A DNA stretch of 64,000 nt from Myxococcota bacterium (GTDB lineage: Bacteria; Myxococcota_A; SURF-8): contig OZ223209.1 in assembly GCA_965140415.1 (NCBI GenBank), positions 3,008,001-3,072,000 on the forward strand, read 5' to 3'. Both the position numbers and the translations under genes were made by a program. Shown one piece after another: positions 57,901 to 64,000 of this stretch (the first letter of the stretch is position 1; every line of letters starts with the position of its first letter). The notes under the pieces are model-generated. The model had not been told where the DNA came from. It did no database searches and was given only the letters and a program-made list of their open reading frames with translations.

Positions 57901-57981
57901 CTGGATTGGGCCATTAAGCAGAAATACGTCAAGACGATCGACTCTGATATGGAGAACGAATCCTCTTCCAAAAACACGTGA
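54907..57981 (+). CDS. Diguanylate cyclase with periplasmic beta-propeller/Y_Y_Y sensor domain
   Basis: Signal peptide, Reg_prop repeats (QD..G.IW, DGLP), YRSLPPGDYRFE, TM helix, RDSLTNLRNRR, DIDLFK.VND.YGH..GD, RHED I-site and GGEEF. Confidence 0.92.
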   Translation: MEMRVNTALLGSLFQRLFIILFLLLLGVSGSANAETPVYRIYDVRDGFNAHIYNVVQDKDGVIWLSQDGGGILAFSSLGTKHFTTREGLPSNSNNNIIYSKNGRLWVSMSDGPPIWQESDSTKGWTATSGHGFLGSNYIMETISGDILIATKNGVLVLKDNEWKPWKVFDEEYHRFTFLFQDSRGLIFGVENQGILWQLHPGEPKRLFSDDQNFERQMRLFEDGNGRILVTGHSQGLKELTFTGELVEAQPEASQLPSDMVINTVHASRNGDLFLGSWGSGVLLFKNGKLIQKLDKRYGLPSVHIESIFEDREGNLFITGIGGGLYVMINSEKSQFRNITHSDGLMGDIVWGSLRDSTGSLKVLSHGNLLTTFDKNHTTSQLDLKKIGIGGTMLGLRQFEPDSFWVYGIGGAFQLNRENKLIHHLAPCEGFISQNIRCLHQTQDKSLYLCTSDHGLVKVSEDGTTRSFSRETGFTDSVLALTPISDGRFALATDNGIGFLDPSTGKTTLIDRYKNLAVNGLSDVAQDTEGRIWFASSRGVFRYEDGKIHLFTTRDGLPNDNVYLVVSDLLGAIWVGTANGVARISANDSVSEFGFDDGMINPETNGNSGYLDRDGTIWFGTPTGLSGIQPANLRIDSEPPNIIVFDIQVNDRQPENFSRYVLPNQPYQLELPHDKNNITISLTSIDIARPDSLRFQTRLVGADVNWSTPSSMRFIQYRSLPPGDYRFEAKACKVDGICTTKPAQIHIAIIPPFHDTLVFKISFAVFLLGLAFVLYRLRVRALLHRRQQLEKAVEDRTREVREMSLRDSLTNLRNRRYIHESMVDRFQISSSHLQNNRRMSKTTFGLLMVDIDLFKHVNDSYGHDSGDMVLRQFAGLLEESVRHEDIVCRWGGEEFLLVLSNPNMAILKMLAERIRQRVERHSFDITGNRTIHLTCSLGVVMMPFLRDPVDGDCCWESVRMLADQALYRAKALGRNRWCLLQEGSNTPKKNGIERMLTDLDWAIKQKYVKTIDSDMENESSSKNT

Positions 57982-57984
57982 AGC

Positions 57985-59580
57985 TTACTTCGTTTTGACT
58001 TTTACAACATCCGGAGAGAATGCGTTTTCAAACCAGTTCGGATGAGGATCTTTCTGATGGAATATTTTCCGCAGAAAATTCAGCGTATAGCTCTGGGTAA
58101 TGACGAACTGATCTTTTCTGGCGATCTTTGGATCTCCATCGTTTTTTGAAATGTCCCAATTCCGGCTGTCCGTAAACTGGCTGTGATTCCCACCGATGAT
58201 GTGGACATGCGTGGATGGTGGAGGCTGTGAATGCCATAAAGCTTCAGAAATGTTGTTTATTGCCTGGGTGTCTTCACTCGCCGTAATGAAAAGGGAAGGC
58301 AGGTGATTGACCAGTTCATGATTGACAGGCGCGATAAACACGTATCCATCAACAGGCAAATCTTCCGCCCGTAAGATGTCTTCTATACGCTCACTTCCTC
58401 TTGAATGGCCGATAAGTGCCACATGAGGCATCGTGAGTCCCTGTAACGGTGGAAACCATTTGCCGGGAGAATTCAGTCCCGTTTTGATCGTGCTCACCAG
58501 TTCTGTTACATCCTTGGTTTCAGGAGCAACAACGAAATATCCCCAGCTTGCCAAATGTTGAGATAAAAACTGGTAGTTGGTATTTGTCGCACCATCGCCA
58601 TGAAGAACGAAGACAAGAGGGAAAGGCCCGTCATCTGGCTCGGTTCGCATGCCACCACAAATAGCGGGATAATAAATACGATGGTGACCGAAGGGGACGT
58701 GACTGTCCACGTGTCCCACAGCGTGCGGGCCGATGCTAAAGGGATTCGTCCCATTAACTGCGGTTGCAACCGGTGCTTTCTCATCGCATGATTGCACGTT
58801 ATCAGGGTCCGTAATGATTGTTAACGGCTCCTGGAAATGGTGTTCATATCCTAACACCGGCAGGCTTATCGTCACCGTTCCTTTCACTCCAGCAGGGAGA
58901 TCGAAAGCAATGCGATTCGAATCGGCATTGTCATTGAAACCCAAAGCCATTTGCTTTCCACCAACATAAACTTCCGTCAGCAGTTTATTGCTTTTAGTCG
59001 AAACCCATTCGTCGCCATTGTATTGCTGGCGATATTCGCTGGAAGAGAAATACAAACCATTGCCCTCGATGATGATTCGATCACCAGCGGCAGCAACGGT
59101 AGGACTATAGAAGTAAGGTTCGAAATCCAGTGCATTTGCCTTTAATGGGCGACGTTCACAAATGCCCGATGATAGGTTGCAAGCATATGGGAATGGACAG
59201 GACGGTTGATCTTGACAAGGATGATCGGAAATCAAAAAGGCAGGAAAATGTTTTCTTTCTTTCAGAGGAGTGGGTTTAAGAACCTCTTCCATGTTTCGGT
59301 CAACTGCAACTTGACTGACAGACTCAGACTCCTTCGATACCGCCTTTTTGGACAAGACGTTTCGTTTGATACAAACCCCAGCAGAACTACACGCGTAGTT
59401 GATCGCGCACTCCTTGTCGGTTTTGCATGTTTGGCTCTGTTGTGAGCCACAGCCTTTCAAAATGAACAAAGAGGAGGCGAGCAGGATGAAAACCAACAAC
59501 AACAAACGGAAAGGCTTACGCCATGCCGCCTCTGTTTCCTTCCAGGACCAAGGTGAGGAACTACGCTGAAACAACATCAC
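57985..59580 (-). CDS. Membrane-anchored alpha/beta hydrolase (chlorophyllase/lipase-like) with Cys-rich and IPT/TIG-like domains
   Basis: Hydrophobic N-terminus with LKGC, two Cys modules, PFPLVFVLHG...HLASWGYFVVAP, GHSRG, ED, GGNHSQFTD. Confidence 0.78.
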   Translation of the reverse strand: MMLFQRSSSPWSWKETEAAWRKPFRLLLLVFILLASSLFILKGCGSQQSQTCKTDKECAINYACSSAGVCIKRNVLSKKAVSKESESVSQVAVDRNMEEVLKPTPLKERKHFPAFLISDHPCQDQPSCPFPYACNLSSGICERRPLKANALDFEPYFYSPTVAAAGDRIIIEGNGLYFSSSEYRQQYNGDEWVSTKSNKLLTEVYVGGKQMALGFNDNADSNRIAFDLPAGVKGTVTISLPVLGYEHHFQEPLTIITDPDNVQSCDEKAPVATAVNGTNPFSIGPHAVGHVDSHVPFGHHRIYYPAICGGMRTEPDDGPFPLVFVLHGDGATNTNYQFLSQHLASWGYFVVAPETKDVTELVSTIKTGLNSPGKWFPPLQGLTMPHVALIGHSRGSERIEDILRAEDLPVDGYVFIAPVNHELVNHLPSLFITASEDTQAINNISEALWHSQPPPSTHVHIIGGNHSQFTDSRNWDISKNDGDPKIARKDQFVITQSYTLNFLRKIFHQKDPHPNWFENAFSPDVVKVKTK

Positions 59581-60009
59581 TACTACTCTACTTCACCTTC
59601 GTGGACCGCTGATGCATGCGATCACATTTAAAACGCTTACCGAAACACAAAAACTGCCAGTGAATCGGACTTGCCCTTTACTGCCAATTCGACAATCAAC
59701 GTTCTTTCATCTGGAAGGTGGACGTCCTGCTCATATCGTCGATGCATAGATGTAAAGTACTACGTATCGTGTGAGAACTACAAAAGGACTGGCCACTGCT
59801 TCATTCCTACTTCACTACTTTCAAAGCACTCGCTAAGGATATCCCTTTACTTAAGCCAGAATACGGTATGAAGATGGGCTACTGCTTAATCGGTGAGAAA
59901 TTGCTTTTTTTCCTAACCCATCCTATGGGTATCATCTGTATTAATGCCTGAAATGTCAAGTTAGAAATCGCTAGTTTGACAAAAAAAGCTGGTTGCCAAC
60001 TTGCCGTTT

Positions 60010-61908
60010 TTACTTGATATCTAGGTTCATCAGAGACAAGGCCGGTATATAGGAGACCAACAACACACCGATAAGCCAGATCAGAATAAATGGCAAGGTG
60101 GAACGATAAATCAAGGTAAGTGGCTTATTGAATGTGTAGGAAGACATAAAGAGGTTCATGCCAACCGGAGGAGTTAGAAAGCCGATTTCCATATTGACGA
60201 GGAAGATGATTCCGAAATGGATAGGATGGATATGGTAAAAGGGTAGCATCGGAGCGATGAGGGGAACGACGACGATAATGGCGCTGACAATATCCATCAA
60301 ACTCCCGACAACCAGAAGTAACAAATTCAAAACCAGCAGGAATATCAATGGATTGTGAATGCTGGCCTGGACCCAGTCGGCAATCTGTTCTGCAATCATT
60401 TCATCGACCAGGTACTGGGTGAAGCCCTTGGCCAGGCCGATGATAATCAGGATACCGCCGGAAAGCAGGATGCCTTGTTTGGTTGCGTTATACAGACCTT
60501 GCCGGATATTGAAATCCCGATGGACGAGCACTTCGATCACGATGGCGTATAATGCGGTAACGGCAGCCGATTCCACCAGAGTCATCAGACCACCGAAAAT
60601 CCCACCCAATACGATCAAGGGAAGCGCCAACTCCCACTTGGCAATCCAGGCCGTGCGAAGGATTTCACGCCAATCGAATGGCGTTCGCGGCACCTTGGAA
60701 AGTCCCGCCTGGAAAATCGAATAGACCATAATCAGAAAAATCAACAAGGCGCCGGGAACGAGTCCTGCGATGAACATCTTGTCTACGGGCTGAGCGAGTG
60801 TGACTCCGATCAGAATCACCGGAAGACAAGGCGGGAAAAGCATTCCAAGCGAACCGGCGGAAGTCAGCAATCCGAGAGAAAAGCGCTCGGGGTATGAATT
60901 GCTAATAAGCAGCGGCATCAACAATGGACCCAACGCCAGAATCGTCACACCTGATGCGCCGGTAAAAGTCGTGAAGAAACCGAACAGCAGTGCCGTCGCG
61001 ATGGCAACACCACCCGGCATGGGACCGAATACCGCCCGGAAGAAATCGACCAGCCGTCGGGACGTGTTTCCGTATGCCAATACCGCACCTGCCAGGGTGA
61101 ACAAGGGAATGGCAGGCAGGAAAGGATTTGTAACGATCGTATAGGCCGCATCCGGGATGTCGATCAGCGCGGAAATCATTCCGCCGCTGACGATATAATA
61201 GAACAGTGCAGCCATGCCACCCATTAAGATGAAGATGGGTGCCCCGAAAACGACAGCCGTGAGAATCAGAAGAATGCCGGGCCACAGCAGCCAGTCACGT
61301 TGACCTTCCGGAATCAGCGCCATCAATGGAACGATAGCAGCCAATGCCAGTATTCCGATGCGCCAGCGCCAGTTGGAACCGCCCTGGTATACAAAGCGTA
61401 GTGCGATCACCAAAAAAGACAGGGGGATCACGGCTTGTGCCAGCCAGATCGGAACGACTTGGGCAAAGCGCCCGTGACCTTCCATGCCGGTTTCAACCAA
61501 TAAATAGGCGGCATAGGCCAGAACCAGCAATAGTCCGACACTTGTCGAAGTTGAAAACAGTTTAAAGAGCTTGGACCATAAACCGAAATCGCGAGTCAAT
61601 AGAATCGTTTCGAAATGCAAATGACGATTTTCGCGGGCGGCGATGGCGGCAGCGGTGAATGTCAACAGCATAGTCCCATGCTGAATGGTCGTTTCCACAC
61701 CAAGCAGGCTGAATCCGGTGACTTTTCGGTAAATGATCTCCGCCAAAGGCAGAAGCATCATCGCTGCAATCAGCGCCATGGAAAGCAAGTCTTCCAGCAA
61801 ATATAAAACGCTTATCCATTTAGGAGGAAGCTTGGATTCTGCTTGCTGGTTTAAGTGACTTGCGGTTGTGCTCACAGTCGTTCCATCTATCCGATTTGAT
61901 GAGATCAC
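60010..61908 (-). CDS. TRAP transporter fused small and large permease (DctQM)
   Basis: N-terminal 4-TM DctQ-like part (RHL), then AIPLFTLAG, FTGASG, GSLG.LFPP, EIGFLTPPVGMNLF. Confidence 0.92.
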   Translation of the reverse strand: MISSNRIDGTTVSTTASHLNQQAESKLPPKWISVLYLLEDLLSMALIAAMMLLPLAEIIYRKVTGFSLLGVETTIQHGTMLLTFTAAAIAARENRHLHFETILLTRDFGLWSKLFKLFSTSTSVGLLLVLAYAAYLLVETGMEGHGRFAQVVPIWLAQAVIPLSFLVIALRFVYQGGSNWRWRIGILALAAIVPLMALIPEGQRDWLLWPGILLILTAVVFGAPIFILMGGMAALFYYIVSGGMISALIDIPDAAYTIVTNPFLPAIPLFTLAGAVLAYGNTSRRLVDFFRAVFGPMPGGVAIATALLFGFFTTFTGASGVTILALGPLLMPLLISNSYPERFSLGLLTSAGSLGMLFPPCLPVILIGVTLAQPVDKMFIAGLVPGALLIFLIMVYSIFQAGLSKVPRTPFDWREILRTAWIAKWELALPLIVLGGIFGGLMTLVESAAVTALYAIVIEVLVHRDFNIRQGLYNATKQGILLSGGILIIIGLAKGFTQYLVDEMIAEQIADWVQASIHNPLIFLLVLNLLLLVVGSLMDIVSAIIVVVPLIAPMLPFYHIHPIHFGIIFLVNMEIGFLTPPVGMNLFMSSYTFNKPLTLIYRSTLPFILIWLIGVLLVSYIPALSLMNLDIK

Positions 61909-61936
61909 ATTCAGAGAAAAACCTTAAAAGATCGTG

Positions 61937-62995
61937 CTAAGGTTTCCCGGATGTTGCCAGACTCGTTGAAATCGTATCGAAAATCTCTGGAGGAACAATC
62001 TCTTTTCGAATGTAGCTCCATTGGCCTTGAATGGCGCTACGTAGTCTTTTTTCCTGTTCCGGGTCCAGATTATAGGTTTTCAGACCATGCTTTTTCATGG
62101 TTTCAATGGCATCCTGATCCATTTTGCGAATTCTCTCAAGATCCTGCTTCGCATATTTCTGCGCGATTTCTAACAGCTTCGGGTGCAATTCACTTGGAAT
62201 TTTATCCCATACCTGTTTTGAAATCAACGTCGCCCCTACCAACGGTGCAAGCTTGAATTCCAGCATGTAAGAAGCCAGCCCGAACCACTGCATGGCCAAC
62301 GATGCCAGCGGCGTTGCAAGGTATCCATCGATCAGGCCGGTCTGCAAGGAGGGCAGAATGTCGGCGGAATTGATTTCGATAGTATGCATGCCGATCTGTT
62401 GCCAGGCTTGCTTGCTCTTGGGATCACCGGCAGCAACGAAGAGCTTGCGTTGTTTCATTTCTTCCAGGGTTTTCGGCGGTTCTTTAAAGAAAAAACGCAC
62501 CCAGCCGGTGTCTCCATTCTGTAAAAGAATAAAGCCTTCTTTTTCCAGGCGTTTCGTGATGTCCGGCAGGATCTTCTGTGTCATCCGGTCCAGATCGTTT
62601 TCATTTTGAATGAGCAGAGGCACCTGCAAAGTAAGTAATGCCGGATCGATTTCACGAACGCTCAGCGACGTGATCGTCGCCGCCGAAAGTCTCCCCTGAC
62701 GCATTTTACGAACCAGGTCCAGTTCATTACCCAGAACGCCTCCGGGATAGATCTTCAACTGGACCAGCCCGTTAGATACCTGTTTCCATTCTTCACCCAT
62801 TTTTTTCAGCGAGTCGTACCATGGCGATCCTTTCGGTGCCAGAGTACCCAGCTTGACCACAACGCGACCGCCCATGGTTTCGGCCTGACTTTGCGAAGCA
62901 TTGCCGAGTGTCAGAGCGAGGGTCAATAACAGTACGAGCGTGACACGGAATAAAAGCGATCTCGTAACGCTGATGGTTCTATTGATATCGATCAT
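61937..62995 (-). CDS. TRAP substrate-binding protein DctP (TatP-type)
   Basis: KLGTLAPKGSPW, IYPGGVLGNE, LQTGLIDG. Confidence 0.9.
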   Translation of the reverse strand: MIDINRTISVTRSLLFRVTLVLLLTLALTLGNASQSQAETMGGRVVVKLGTLAPKGSPWYDSLKKMGEEWKQVSNGLVQLKIYPGGVLGNELDLVRKMRQGRLSAATITSLSVREIDPALLTLQVPLLIQNENDLDRMTQKILPDITKRLEKEGFILLQNGDTGWVRFFFKEPPKTLEEMKQRKLFVAAGDPKSKQAWQQIGMHTIEINSADILPSLQTGLIDGYLATPLASLAMQWFGLASYMLEFKLAPLVGATLISKQVWDKIPSELHPKLLEIAQKYAKQDLERIRKMDQDAIETMKKHGLKTYNLDPEQEKRLRSAIQGQWSYIRKEIVPPEIFDTISTSLATSGKP

Positions 62996-63011
62996 TCACG
63001 TGAGCCTTTCA

Positions 63012-63947
63012 TCAATCCAAAAACAGGTCATCCAAATGATTGAGAAGCCAGACTGCGCGCCTTTTTGCGATCTCATTCGCCAAACGGTCGGAGGAGTCGG
63101 TTGCAACTTCCACAGCCAGGCATTTATTACAGAGTGCAATGAATTCATCCTTGTCCTGTCGTTGCAGGGCAAAGCCTTCCGCCCATGCCAGGTACAAGGA
63201 AGCATGTTTTCCTTCCGAAAGCGCCAATGCTTTTTCATAGCAAGGACGAGCAACAGCCTCCCCACCACCCATTGTTTCACCCACTGCCGAATAGTAGGAG
63301 ATCAGTGCCTCTTGTATCGTGCCTCGTCCCCAGTCCGGTTCCAGTGTCGCCGCGCGCTGTAGCATCAAACCAACTTCGGATAGACGCTGGATCATATCCG
63401 TGTCCATGCCACTGGTTTTAATGGCCATTGCCAATGCCGCCGCATACCAGTACAACTGGGGAACATCTTCTTTCTCAAGCAACGCCAACGCTGCCTCGAT
63501 GCCATCTCTCTGCAATACGAGAGGGTATTCCGGCTTGGATAATTCCAGCCCGCGCGCTCCATAATCCATTGCGCGGAGAAACAGTTTGTGCGCGCGCTGT
63601 TTCATCTGCTGCGATTGGTTGAAGTCTTTGTTTTCCATTTGATCGGCTGGCCACAAGACCCAGCCATAGGCATATTGAACGAAACCGCTGCAAAGAGCCA
63701 GGTGCAGTCCTTTATGATCGGGAGTCGCGGAACGAACGGATTCCATCAGCTTTAACGCAAAGGGCAGGGCGTCTCCCACCAGTTCTGGGTCGTCGTCGGC
63801 GCTGAAAGAAGTGCCCTGGCCGCTTAAGGCATCGGCCACGGATTCCATCGCCATTTTACGGATAGAGCATCCCGAAAGCGCCAATAACGCAGAGAGCAAC
63901 ACCACCCACCAAAATGTCGTTAACGCCATACGCATGTTCATTCCCAA
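63012..63947 (-). CDS. TRAP transporter TatT component (TPR-like lipoprotein); start uncertain
   Basis: Lipobox LSGC, DDDPELVGDALPFALKLMES, GFVQYAYG, LYW, GGGE, N.IAKRRA; first gene of a TatT-DctP-DctQM operon. Confidence 0.88.
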   Translation of the reverse strand: MGMNMRMALTTFWWVVLLSALLALSGCSIRKMAMESVADALSGQGTSFSADDDPELVGDALPFALKLMESVRSATPDHKGLHLALCSGFVQYAYGWVLWPADQMENKDFNQSQQMKQRAHKLFLRAMDYGARGLELSKPEYPLVLQRDGIEAALALLEKEDVPQLYWYAAALAMAIKTSGMDTDMIQRLSEVGLMLQRAATLEPDWGRGTIQEALISYYSAVGETMGGGEAVARPCYEKALALSEGKHASLYLAWAEGFALQRQDKDEFIALCNKCLAVEVATDSSDRLANEIAKRRAVWLLNHLDDLFLD

Positions 63948-64000
63948 TCCGTCTTCGTACTATCCTTACAAACTAAACACGGCTGTCTAATCTTGTCAAG

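Noticed and set aside
59581-60009. 430-bp intergenic region as a riboswitch or small gene
   Set aside because: No riboswitch consensus, convincing hairpin or well-supported ORF that I could recognise by eye.

Overview
A 64-kb bacterial chromosomal segment of roughly 50% GC (by eye). Gene content suggests a Deltaproteobacteria/Myxococcota-like and probably anaerobic organism: a MYXO-CTERM-like sorting tail, a TatT-type TRAP transporter, a tungsten-family aldehyde:ferredoxin oxidoreductase and sigma-54-type promoters. This taxonomy is inference only. Housekeeping genes (fis-like, thiD, rpsF-rpsR-rplI, dnaB, ygiQ-like radical SAM, ispA, serC, udp, tRNA-His) are interleaved with many large exported proteins. 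About ten of these share an acidic Asp-Gly-Asp (DGD) repeat tract placed next to the membrane anchor. Their cargo domains are hydrolases (zincin protease, GHL10, sulfotransferase, uncharacterised GH-like barrels) or disulfide-rich modules resembling eukaryotic ones (EGF-like, LDL-receptor class A, beta-defensin-like, and a 14-Cys ~105-aa repeat I do not recognise). Other notable items: a GH84-family gene missed by the ORF track at the left edge; a tRNA-His with the atypical G1.U72/A73 acceptor end; a candidate ~85-nt sRNA next to a MITE-like hairpin; an orphan DUF6788-like gene heading a His-rich ABC operon; a FadD homologue with a degenerate P-loop; and an S6:S18-type leader before an S6 with a long acidic tail. 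No CRISPR array, integrase, transposase, prophage or rRNA was seen. All calls are from motif recognition by eye; no searches were run.
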